This document shows positions 21,418 through 30,978 of a DNA stretch of 64,000 nt, piece by piece. The notes under the pieces were generated by a model. It had not been told where the DNA came from. It saw only the letters and a program-made list of their open reading frames with translations, and searched no databases. Made by a program: the position numbers and the translations under genes. The stretch spans positions 1,440,001-1,504,000 of the forward strand of contig CAWCKY010000004.1 in NCBI GenBank assembly GCA_963796275.1. The letters are read 5' to 3'. Each line of letters begins with the position of its first letter. The stretch's first letter is position 1. Origin of the DNA: an uncultured Acidobacteriota bacterium. Lineage in GTDB: Bacteria; Acidobacteriota; Blastocatellia; RBC074.

Positions 21418-23315
21418 ATGTGTGGAATTCTAGGCATCATCAATCTCGATCGAAACCAGCCGGCGGACGAGCAGACCGCGCGAGCGATGGCGGAGGCACT
21501 CATCCATCGCGGCCCCGACGATGAAGGTTTCTATTTCAAAAACAATGTCGCGCTCGGGATGCGGAGGCTCTCGATAATCAGATCTCGCTACCGGACACCA
21601 GCCGATCGCCAACGAAGATAATTCGCTCTGGGTCGTCTGCAACGGCGAAATATATAATTTTCCCGAATTGCGCGAGCATCTCATCGACCGCGGCCATCAT
21701 CTCCGCACGCAGACGGACACGGAAGTTATCGTTCATCTGTACGAAGAGTACGGCGACGATCTCACCGCCCATCTCAACGGGATGTTCGCATTCGCCCTCT
21801 GGGACGAAAAGCGCCAACGCCTATTGATCGCTCGCGATCGTATGGGCGAAAAACCTCTATATTTCGCCCAGCTCGCCAACCAGGCATTCGTCTTCGCCTC
21901 GGAGCTCAAATCGCTCATCGTACATCCGCTCGTGCAGAGCCGGATCAATATGCTGGCCCTGCGCAAATATCTGCAGTACGAATTCGTCCCTTCGCCGCAC
22001 ACCATCATCGAGGGCGTGCAAAAACTGCGCCCCGCTCACCGGCTGATCCTGGAGAACGGTCGATGGCGAACGGAGCGCTATTGGCGACTGGATTACGAAG
22101 GCGAGCGCTTGAGGATCAGCGAAGAGGAAGCGGTCGAAGAGGTGCATCGGCGTCTGCGCGAGGCTGTGCGGATGCGCTTGATCTCCGATGTCCCGCTCGG
22201 GGTCTTATTATCGGGCGGGATCGATTCGAGCACAGTCGCCGCGCTCGCGTGTGAAGCTGCTGAAGGACGGGTCAAGACCTTTTCCATAGCGTTCGAAGAA
22301 GACTCATTCGACGAGTCCTCATACGCTCGCCTGGTCGCGAACCGTCTCGGCACCGATCATTACGAACAGACGTTCACCGAGCGCGCAATGCTGGAGATGG
22401 TGCCCGAGATTCCGCGGTTGCTCGACGAACCACTGGGCGATGGCTCGCTCATTCCGACCTCATTGCTCTGCCGGTTCACGCGCAGCCACGTCAAGGTCGC
22501 GCTCGGCGGCGATGGAGGCGATGAACTCCTGGCGGGATATCCGACATATGCCGCTCACCGGATGGCCGGTTATTACCGAGCCTTGCCGCAATTTATCCGA
22601 AAAGGATTGATCGAACCGGCGATCGAAAGTCTGCCTGTTTCAACGAAAAACCTTTCGTTCGATTTCCGCGCCAAGCGGTTCGTGCACGGCGCCGACTTGC
22701 CGGCGGGCATGCGCCACACCGTTTGGATGGGCTCATTTGACGCCGCGCAGCAAAAACATCTCTTCTCGCCCGATGTGTTGAAAGCGTGGCCCGACGAAGC
22801 TGTCTTCGATGAAGTGCGCGTCTACGATCATCTAAACGGTTATGGCAAGAACAGCCTTGTCGAACAGATGATGATGCTCGATGCCACTCACTATCTCCCA
22901 GAGTGCGTCCTATTTAAAGTCGATCGCGCGGAGCATGGCCGCATCGCTCGAAACGCGCGCGCCATTTCTCGATCACACTTTCGCCGAATTTTTGATGAAA
23001 TTGCCGATTGGATTGAAGTTTCACGGCTTGACCGGTAAATACATCCTCAAACGCGCAATGCGCGACATATTACCTTCGGCAATCATCAAGCGGCCGAAAA
23101 AAGGGTTTGGCATGCCCGTCGCCCAATGGATCAAGGGCGAGCTGCGTCTGCTCGTCCGCGACACCTTCGCGCCCGATAGCTTGAAACGGCGAGGGTTGTT
23201 CAACCCCGCGTATGTTCAGCGTCTGCTGGACGAACACGACCGCGGCCAGGCCGATCATCGCAAACTGATCTGGACGCTTTTGATGTTTGAGATGTGGCCC
23301 TTGGCTAAGAGTTAG
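21418..23315 (+). CDS. asnB: Asparagine synthase (glutamine-hydrolysing)-family amidotransferase, two frameshifts (~21580, ~22930)
   Basis: MCGILG N-terminal Cys, HRGPDD, RRLSII/DL..GHQP, NGEIYN, LLSGGIDSS, GDGGDELLAGY, KVDR/ASMAASLE.RAPFLDH, RPKKGFGMP. Confidence 0.9.
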
Positions 23316-23416
23316 TGTAAAGTGAAGATAGGATTTCGAAAGACAGGAGACGGATTTCAGGAACCAGAGTTCAAACTGCAATTCTGGTTTCCGGTTCCTG
23401 TTTCCCGATAAAAATT

Positions 23417-24223
23417 ATGATCGATCAAAAAGAAATTATTGAGACAGCACCTACTCAACCAGCTTTCGGTCCCCCGAAATCGGTCATCCGCGATTACTTC
23501 GAGCAGGGTGTGATCACGGTGATTATGGCCTTGTTCCTGATGACCTTCATCGCCCAGGCCGTCGCTGTGCCGACCGGATCGATGCAGAATACGATAAACA
23601 TCGGCGATCATCTCTTCGTCAATAAATTTATCTTCGGCAAACCGACGCCGATCCTCGGAGGATTGCTGCCGACCCGCGATATCCGCAGGGGTGACATCAT
23701 CGTCTTCAAACTGCCGAGCGATCCGAAGATCAATTATGTCAAGCGCGTGATCGGGTTACCGGGCGATTCGGTTCAAATTAAAGGGAATCGCGTTATCGTC
23801 AATGGCAGTGAGCTGCCCGAGCAAAGGGTGATCGTCGACCTGCCTCCCGATTCACAAAACCGATCGGCGCTCGAGATCAGGAAGACCGAGGATGCGCCTC
23901 CCGGAGCGACATACAAAGTCTTTTACAGCGAACACGAGCGGGATAACGAGGAGGCGGAGGAAGATTTTCACGGGATGAAATATGGCGTCAAGGAACCGTT
24001 CAAGGTTCCCGACAGAACATATTTTGTGATGGGCGATAGCCGCGACAACAGTCTGGACAGCCGTTACTGGGGAACAGTTCCGCGCGAGAATATCTTCGCT
24101 CGCGCATTATATGTGCATTGGTCGTACAATCCCGGCGATCCTGATAATAACAGCAGCGGAAATCGTTTTATCGATATGATCAAAAATGCCCAATGGAGCC
24201 GGACGGGGACAGCGGTTAAATGA
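23417..24223 (+). CDS. lepB: Signal peptidase I
   Basis: VPTGSMQNT (Ser), NYVKRVIGLPGD (Lys), FVMGDSRDNSLDSRYWG. Confidence 0.96.
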   Translation: MIDQKEIIETAPTQPAFGPPKSVIRDYFEQGVITVIMALFLMTFIAQAVAVPTGSMQNTINIGDHLFVNKFIFGKPTPILGGLLPTRDIRRGDIIVFKLPSDPKINYVKRVIGLPGDSVQIKGNRVIVNGSELPEQRVIVDLPPDSQNRSALEIRKTEDAPPGATYKVFYSEHERDNEEAEEDFHGMKYGVKEPFKVPDRTYFVMGDSRDNSLDSRYWGTVPRENIFARALYVHWSYNPGDPDNNSSGNRFIDMIKNAQWSRTGTAVK

Positions 24224-27200
24224 TAAATGGGCGGGAAGAATCACCTCGGAAGTTGCAAAAAGCACAAGCGATGCAAATGATCTTTCATTCTTTCTGGCGT
24301 TTTATTCCTATTGTGCTTTTTACTGTCCCTTTTTGCGTTCTACCTGGTGATTTCTCTCTCCTGACGGCATCCCGCGGCGCACAAACCGCGACTCAGGTTG
24401 AAACTCAGCAAAAGCGCGAGCAGCTATATCGCCTGAACAACCTGGGCGTCGCATTGATGGAACAATTCAAGCACGAGGAGGCGGCGCAGCGATTCAAACA
24501 GGCGCTCGCGAGCGATGCGAACTTCGCCCTCGCGCGGATCAATCTGGCGCTGGCGTATTTTTTTTTGAACGATACGCCGGCGGCTGTCGAGGAAGCCAGG
24601 GCTGCCGTGAAACTCGCCCCGGACAGCCTCTACGCCAATTACATCCTCGGCGCGTCACTCCGCAATGAAAAGCTCTACGAAGAGGCGATCGCCCAGTTCA
24701 ACAAAGTCCTCGCCGGCGACCCGCAGGACCCGGCCACCAATATCCAGATCGGACAGATTTATGCGCAACAACAGAAATACGACCAGGCCATCGCCGCCTT
24801 CAGCCGCGCACTGGAGGCCGAACCGTACAATGCGACGGCCGCTTATAGTCTGGCGCAGGCTTTGATCCGAACGGGCAAGATGGCCGAGGGCCAGAAGATG
24901 CTGGGCAGGTTTCAGCGCTTGCGTTCGTCGGGTTACGCGACGACGCTCGGCAATGTTTACGGAGAGAAAGGCCGTTATGCCGAGTCGGTCCTCAGTACAG
25001 GCGCCGAACCCGATCTGGTCGAAAAAGAAGGCGCGAAGATAAGCTTCCTCGATGCGAGTTCAGGCATCAACATCAAAACAAGCACAAAAACGATGACTTC
25101 AGTCATCGGCAAAAAAATCGACAAGACCGGCTTCAACGATCAACTCAAACGGGAATTGCTCGCGCCGTTCAGTTCGAGCGTGGGGATGGGGGATTTCGAC
25201 GATGACAGCAGGCTCGACCTTTTCGTCTCGGGGATCGGGAGCGACGACAAACCGTTCATCAAACTGTTAAAGAATGAAGGCGGTAAATTCAGCGACGTCA
25301 CGGCGCAGTCGAAGATCACGGTCAGTCATCCCGTGAGCGGAGCGGTTTTCGGCGATTTTGATAATGACGGCAAGACCGATCTCGCGATCTTCGGATATCA
25401 AACGCTCGGGTTGTGGCGCAACAACGGTGACGGCAGCTTTGCGGATGTGACGGCGAAAGCCGGTCTGCCGGCGGAATACGCTTCGTGGGCTATGACAGCG
25501 GCGTGGGTTGACGCGGATCACGACGGCGATCTCGATCTCTTCGTCGGCAACTTCGCCGACCTGTCGCGGCTTCCCGATAAGGAAATGCCGGTATTTCCGG
25601 ACGATTTTGCCGGCCAGGAGAACAGGCTCTTCCGCAACAACGGGAACGGGACGTTCGCCGATATCACGGCCCAGACTGGGCTGGGCGGCGGCAAGAACAA
25701 GACGACCGCGGTCATCTGCACGGACTTCAACAACCGGCGCGACATCGATCTGCTGGTCGTGAATTACGGCGCACCCGCGCAACTATTCAGCAATCAGCGA
25801 GACGGATCGTTTAAAGATATGGCCGAACAGGCTGGGATCAAATTCACTGGCGGATCATTCGGCGCGGCGGCAGGCGATCTCAACAAGGATAATTTCATCG
25901 ATTTTTACTTTACGATCATTGACGAAGAGGCCGGACGAATTGATGGGAGATATAATTTCCCCGCCCTGTTTCTGAGCGATGGTAAAGGCGGCTTCAAAAG
26001 TGGTTTCACTCGCCCGATGGCCAGTCAGGCCGGAGTAAGTTTAGCCGCGCATTTTGCGGATTATGACAACGATGGCCAGCTCGATATGATCGATAGGGCT
26101 TCCAGCTCGATACACGTCCGACGCAACGACGGGATTTACAGTAAGACATTCGGAGAAGAACCGGTGCTCGGCAAGGATCTACTGGACAATCGCGCGTTCG
26201 CTATGGGCGACATCAACGATGACGGCGCGGTCGACATTGTCACATTCAAATCCGATGGATCGCTCATCGTCCTGCGAAACGAGGGCGCGAGCAAAAACTA
26301 CGTTGCCCTCGATCTCACCGGCAAAACGAGCAATCGCAGCGCGGTGGGAGCGAAGGCCGAGATGCGAAGCGGAAGCCTGCGGCAGAAACTCGAAGTCTAC
26401 GCTTCCTCACCGGCACCTGCTCCCGCCGGACTCGTTTTCGGCCTGGGTTATCGCACGAGCGTCGATACGCTACAGCTCTACTGGCCCGCCGGCATTTTGC
26501 AGTCTGAACTGTCGATCAAGGCGTCGGCAAACAACCCGATAGAGGAGCTCGACCGCAAGGGCACATCCTGCCCGCTGCTTTATGCCTGGAACGGCAGCGA
26601 GTACAGTTTCGTCACCGATTTCCTGGGAGGCTCTGCGATCGGTTACCTGACAGCGCCTGGCCTTTATAACTATCCGGATACGGACGAATATATCCGCGTC
26701 ACTGGCGATCAGCTCAAGGAACGCGACGGCGTTCTTTCGCTTCGCATGAACAATCAACTGGAAGAGGTCATCTACTTCGATGCGGTGAAGCTGGTTGCGG
26801 TCGATCATCCGGCGAATACAGAGATATATCCGAATGAACGATTGCTTCCCGCGCCCCCGTACACCAAATTCAAAATATTTTCCGTTAAATCGCCGCGACC
26901 GCCCCTCAGCGCAATCGATGATACGGGAAAAGATATACTCCCTCTGATCGAGAAGATCGACCGTCATTATCCCGATGCTTTTGAGAAACTGCAGTTCAAG
27001 GGATATGCGAATGAACACGCCATCACACTCGATCTCGGAAATCTGAAGGGCGCCGCCCGCACACTGTTATTGATGACGGCCTGGATCGATTACGCCGATT
27101 CGACTTCGAATTTAGCCGCGTCGCAGGCGGGAGCCAAGCTCATCCCGCCCTACCTGCAGGTCAAAAACAGGAAAGGCGAATGGGAGACCGTCATGCCGCA

Positions 27201-27825
27201 GATGGGATTCCCTGCCGGTCTGCCGAAGACGATGACCGTTGATCTGACCGGGAAGTTCCTCTGCGACGATGCGCGCGTGCGGATCGTCACGAGCATGCGC
27301 ATCTACTGGGATCAGATTCTGGTGGAGACATCAGCCGGGAACTCGCCGGGTAAAGTGATAACGCTTGAACCGATGAGCGCGGATTTACGCCATCGAGGGT
27401 TTCCGCGCGAATACTCGCCGGACGGACGGATGCCGCTCATCTACGACTATCGTACGATCGAGCCGGAAGCGCCGTGGAAAGCCCATCTGGGCAATTACAC
27501 CCGGTTCGGCGATGTTCGACAGCTTCTGCTTGCGCCGGACGATATGTATGTCATCACTCGCAGCGGCGATGAAATTCAGGTCGATTTCGATGCCCACGCA
27601 TTGCCGGCTCTACCGAATGGGTGGAAACGCACGTATCTCGTATTCAGCGAGGGCTTCGGTAAAGATATGGACATCAACTCGGCCCGGCCCGATACGATCG
27701 GCGAGTTGCCATTTCATGGAATGAAGAGTTATCCGTATTCAATGGGGGACAGTTATCCGAACACCAGGAGGCACGAAGATTATTTAAACAATTACAATAC
27801 GCGTAACGTCAATAGACACAATTGA
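24220..27825 (+). CDS. Secreted TPR + FG-GAP repeat + ASPIC/UnbV (CRTAC1-like) protein
   Basis: N-terminal TPRs; multiple D.D.DG..DL calcium blades; SNRSAVGAKAEM...FGLG (UnbV); C-terminal SCPLLYAWNG domain. Confidence 0.9.
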   Translation: MINGREESPRKLQKAQAMQMIFHSFWRFIPIVLFTVPFCVLPGDFSLLTASRGAQTATQVETQQKREQLYRLNNLGVALMEQFKHEEAAQRFKQALASDANFALARINLALAYFFLNDTPAAVEEARAAVKLAPDSLYANYILGASLRNEKLYEEAIAQFNKVLAGDPQDPATNIQIGQIYAQQQKYDQAIAAFSRALEAEPYNATAAYSLAQALIRTGKMAEGQKMLGRFQRLRSSGYATTLGNVYGEKGRYAESVLSTGAEPDLVEKEGAKISFLDASSGINIKTSTKTMTSVIGKKIDKTGFNDQLKRELLAPFSSSVGMGDFDDDSRLDLFVSGIGSDDKPFIKLLKNEGGKFSDVTAQSKITVSHPVSGAVFGDFDNDGKTDLAIFGYQTLGLWRNNGDGSFADVTAKAGLPAEYASWAMTAAWVDADHDGDLDLFVGNFADLSRLPDKEMPVFPDDFAGQENRLFRNNGNGTFADITAQTGLGGGKNKTTAVICTDFNNRRDIDLLVVNYGAPAQLFSNQRDGSFKDMAEQAGIKFTGGSFGAAAGDLNKDNFIDFYFTIIDEEAGRIDGRYNFPALFLSDGKGGFKSGFTRPMASQAGVSLAAHFADYDNDGQLDMIDRASSSIHVRRNDGIYSKTFGEEPVLGKDLLDNRAFAMGDINDDGAVDIVTFKSDGSLIVLRNEGASKNYVALDLTGKTSNRSAVGAKAEMRSGSLRQKLEVYASSPAPAPAGLVFGLGYRTSVDTLQLYWPAGILQSELSIKASANNPIEELDRKGTSCPLLYAWNGSEYSFVTDFLGGSAIGYLTAPGLYNYPDTDEYIRVTGDQLKERDGVLSLRMNNQLEEVIYFDAVKLVAVDHPANTEIYPNERLLPAPPYTKFKIFSVKSPRPPLSAIDDTGKDILPLIEKIDRHYPDAFEKLQFKGYANEHAITLDLGNLKGAARTLLLMTAWIDYADSTSNLAASQAGAKLIPPYLQVKNRKGEWETVMPQMGFPAGLPKTMTVDLTGKFLCDDARVRIVTSMRIYWDQILVETSAGNSPGKVITLEPMSADLRHRGFPREYSPDGRMPLIYDYRTIEPEAPWKAHLGNYTRFGDVRQLLLAPDDMYVITRSGDEIQVDFDAHALPALPNGWKRTYLVFSEGFGKDMDINSARPDTIGELPFHGMKSYPYSMGDSYPNTRRHEDYLNNYNTRNVNRHN

Positions 27826-29216
27826 AAATTCAGCAGCGGCAAACCAAGAAGGCAAAAACTTGCAAAAAATATAAAAGGCCTGGAGTGAGTTTTTTTGCCT
27901 TTTTTGCACTATTTTGCCTTTCCTGCATTCCATCCCAGACAGTTCCTCAAACCACATCAACGACATTGAATTGCTTCTCACGGCGGCCGGTGCCGATCGA
28001 CCGTTGGCGCGGCGAATATTTCAATAATCCCGAGCTTGAAGGCTCCCCCGCCGTGGTCCGCGATGACGGCGTGGGGGAGATCGAATTCGACTGGGGGCAT
28101 TCAAGCCCGGCGAAGGAATGCGGCATCGGCCTCGATCGGTTTTCTGCGCGTTGGACGCGCACGGTCGCATTCGCCGAAAGAACTTACCGTTTCACCATCT
28201 CATCGGATGACGGCGTGCGGCTGATCATCGATGGACAGGAGCGATTCAGTTCCTGGCAGGCTCATCCGCTGACGACCTCAACGGTCGATGTGGCGATGAC
28301 GCCCGGCAATCACAAGATCGAACTCGAATATTTCGAAGATTTCGGCAGCGCTTCGGTAAAGCTGTCCTGGTCTCCGGCTCCGTGCACCGCCGCCGTTGTG
28401 ACCGGTAGATGGAAGGGCGAATATTTTAACAACCCCGATTTAAGCGGTAGGCCTGCGTTGGTGCGCGACGACGATGATGGATTCCTGGGCTTCTTCTGGG
28501 GATTGAAAAGCCCGGACGTCATTAGCAATAAAAAGTGTCAAATAAATACCGATAATTTCTCCGCAAGGTGGACGCGGACGGTGACATTCGGCGATGGCTT
28601 CTATCACTTCACGGTAACGACATACGATAGGATCCGCATTTATATAGACCGGGAATTAAAATTTGAGCGCACGACCGATCAAAAAGCTGACTATTCGTTC
28701 GATCTTTCACTGGCAGCCGGGAACCACGAGATCATCGTCGAATATTTCGCACACACCGGGAACGCAGGACTGATCGTCGAATGGGAACGGAATTCATGCT
28801 TTCCTGAGGTTCCACCCGATCATTGGCGGGGCGAGTTTTTCAATAACGTGCGATTGTCCGGTCTTCCCGTGATGGTACGAAACAACGGCGACGGATATTT
28901 GAATTTCGATTCAGCCATAAATATTCCGAATTCCGACTGTGAGATCAATGAAGATGATTTTTCGGTGCGCTGGTCGCGCAAAGTGATTCTGGTCGATGGA
29001 ATCTATCGCTTTACGGTGACGGGCGACGATGGCGTGCGATTCTACGTCAACGGCAAGCGACTAATTAATCAGTGGCGTAATCAAAAGCGGGCGACTTATA
29101 GGGAAGATATCAAACTGCAGGCCGGAACGCATCGCCTCGTGCTCGAATATTACGACCATACTGGTGAAGCCGTCGCTAAAGTTGCGTGGGAAGCGATCGA
29201 GAAGCCGCTAAAGTAG
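27822..29216 (+). CDS. Triple PA14-domain exported protein (possible lipoprotein)
   Basis: Three repeats of W.GE(Y/F)FNN..L.G.P..VR...FS.RW.R...Y.F; TTG start overlaps the upstream TGA; N-terminal FFAFFALFCLSC. Confidence 0.88.
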   Translation: MKIQQRQTKKAKTCKKYKRPGVSFFAFFALFCLSCIPSQTVPQTTSTTLNCFSRRPVPIDRWRGEYFNNPELEGSPAVVRDDGVGEIEFDWGHSSPAKECGIGLDRFSARWTRTVAFAERTYRFTISSDDGVRLIIDGQERFSSWQAHPLTTSTVDVAMTPGNHKIELEYFEDFGSASVKLSWSPAPCTAAVVTGRWKGEYFNNPDLSGRPALVRDDDDGFLGFFWGLKSPDVISNKKCQINTDNFSARWTRTVTFGDGFYHFTVTTYDRIRIYIDRELKFERTTDQKADYSFDLSLAAGNHEIIVEYFAHTGNAGLIVEWERNSCFPEVPPDHWRGEFFNNVRLSGLPVMVRNNGDGYLNFDSAINIPNSDCEINEDDFSVRWSRKVILVDGIYRFTVTGDDGVRFYVNGKRLINQWRNQKRATYREDIKLQAGTHRLVLEYYDHTGEAVAKVAWEAIEKPLK

Positions 29217-29263
29217 TAGGGAGGGAAGACAAAGCAACTGATAATCTGGCATAAAGTATCGTC

Positions 29264-30631
29264 TCACGGCGGACCTTGTTCGGCACCCTGGCTCGCTAAA
29301 CTCGCCAATATCTCGCCTATCAAAAACAGCGATCCGCATGCGCAGATCAACCCATTTTCCGGTGTGATATTCAACGCTTCAGCCAAAGCCTGGTTCGCAT
29401 CACCGGCGCAAGTCACGTCTTCTTGCCATTTCGCGGCGATCGCTTGAAGCATGCGCGGCTCAGCGGCACGCAGATTGTCGACCCTTGTCACGATAATTTT
29501 TTGTGCAATCGGAAAAAGAATTCCGCCCATCTCATCGATCGACTTATCAGCCATCGCGCCGAATATGAGCGTGATCGGTCTCGTTGAAAAATGCTCAATG
29601 AGGAAATCATGCAAAACGCGAGCGCCTTCGACATTGTGCGCCCCATCGAGCAGCAGCACACGTTGAGAAATTTGTAATAGCTCCAACCGTCCCGGCCATT
29701 CCGCGCTGCCCAAGCCTTCGTTAATTGCCGCGGGTGATATCTTCCATCCAATTTCTATCAACTGTTCGGCGAGATGAATAGCAGTCAACGCATTGATCAC
29801 CTGATGCCTTCCACGCAATTTCAGCGTTACGTCGTACTCCGCCAGGCTGGTGCTGTATCGGATTCTACATCTCCCAACCAGCGAAATATCGGCAGAGCTA
29901 TAATCATCGACGACCGAATCGATGCGGATATTATCCGGCGATCTCATCATCGCAGCTACTGAAACCACTCGAGCATTTAATTCAATCGCACGGGCCGCAA
30001 TCGTCAGCATTGCAGCTTCTGCCTGGGGCGCGACGACGACTGGAACACCGGGTTTGATAATACCGGCCTTCTCTCCCGCGATCTGTGCGAGCGTCTCGCC
30101 GAGGTATTTCTGATGGTCGTAGCCTATCGGTGTGATGGCGGTAATGACCGGTTGGCAGATGTTGGTCGCATCATATCTTCCACCCATTCCCACCTCGAGT
30201 ACTGCTATGTCGACCGCACGTTCCGCGAAATAGAGGAACGCAATCATTGTTATCTGCTCGAAGAAAGTCGCAGGGGCTTCGAGCGCACCAAGGGCAACCG
30301 ATTTTTCACACTGTGCGCGCACCTCGCTCGCCAGCCTCGCGAAATCGGCCTGTGTGATCTGGTCGCCATTGACGCGGACGCGTTCGGCGATGGATATCAG
30401 ATGCGGAGAGGTATAAAGGCCGACCCGATAGCCGGCGGCCCGCAAAATGGCATCGGTCATCGCAGCGGTCGAGCCTTTTCCGTTGGTACCCGCGATGTGA
30501 ATTGCCGGAAATGTCCGCTGCGGATCGCCACAGGCGGCGGCGAGTACTCTAATGGTATCGAGCCCGAGCTTCATCGCCAGGGTCTCGTGGCCGAGGCTAT
30601 ACAGATAATTTACGGCCTCTTCAAAGTTCAT
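29264..30631 (-). CDS. folC: Bifunctional folylpolyglutamate synthase / dihydrofolate synthase
   Basis: IHIAGTNGKGS, YTSPHL, LEVGMGGRYDATN, WPGRLE, LDGAHN, GSLFLIG. Confidence 0.96.
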   Translation of the reverse strand: MNFEEAVNYLYSLGHETLAMKLGLDTIRVLAAACGDPQRTFPAIHIAGTNGKGSTAAMTDAILRAAGYRVGLYTSPHLISIAERVRVNGDQITQADFARLASEVRAQCEKSVALGALEAPATFFEQITMIAFLYFAERAVDIAVLEVGMGGRYDATNICQPVITAITPIGYDHQKYLGETLAQIAGEKAGIIKPGVPVVVAPQAEAAMLTIAARAIELNARVVSVAAMMRSPDNIRIDSVVDDYSSADISLVGRCRIRYSTSLAEYDVTLKLRGRHQVINALTAIHLAEQLIEIGWKISPAAINEGLGSAEWPGRLELLQISQRVLLLDGAHNVEGARVLHDFLIEHFSTRPITLIFGAMADKSIDEMGGILFPIAQKIIVTRVDNLRAAEPRMLQAIAAKWQEDVTCAGDANQALAEALNITPENGLICACGSLFLIGEILASLASQGAEQGPP

Positions 30632-30830
30632 TTAATCCTGAAGGATTTCAGGAAACAGATTTAACGAGACAGAAATAAACCCACCTGCATTCATTCTGGC
30701 TTCCCTCTGGACGTGTCCCGATGTTCTCTGGTTTGATTCAGCTACAGTACATCTGCCTTCTGTTCATCTGTCCTGGTTTTGCTGTCTACATTACAGTGAA
30801 TAACGGCTTTGTTGCATAAATCGTAAATGA

Positions 30831-30970
30831 ATTTCAGTTGACAGTTGATAGTTTTCAGTTGCTGATCGAAGAAGCTCAGCTGAAACTAAAAACTGAAATT
30901 AAATGCTCACCTTCTTCGCCGCGTTAGCGGCGAAGAGCATATATAGAGTTTTCAGTTTTCAGTTTTCAGT
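30831..30970. repeat. (TTTTCAG/CAGTTGA)n heptamer tracts flanking a GC hairpin at 30913-30936
   Basis: tttcagttgacagttgatagttttcagttg; TCTTCGCCGC-gtta-GCGGCGAAGA; gttttcagttttcagttttcagt, downstream of uxaC. Confidence 0.75.
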
Positions 30971-30978
30971 GAATAATC

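Noticed and set aside
30632-30830. Possible folate riboswitch upstream of folC
   Set aside because: I could not recognise THF riboswitch consensus elements by eye; an Infernal/Rfam scan would settle it.
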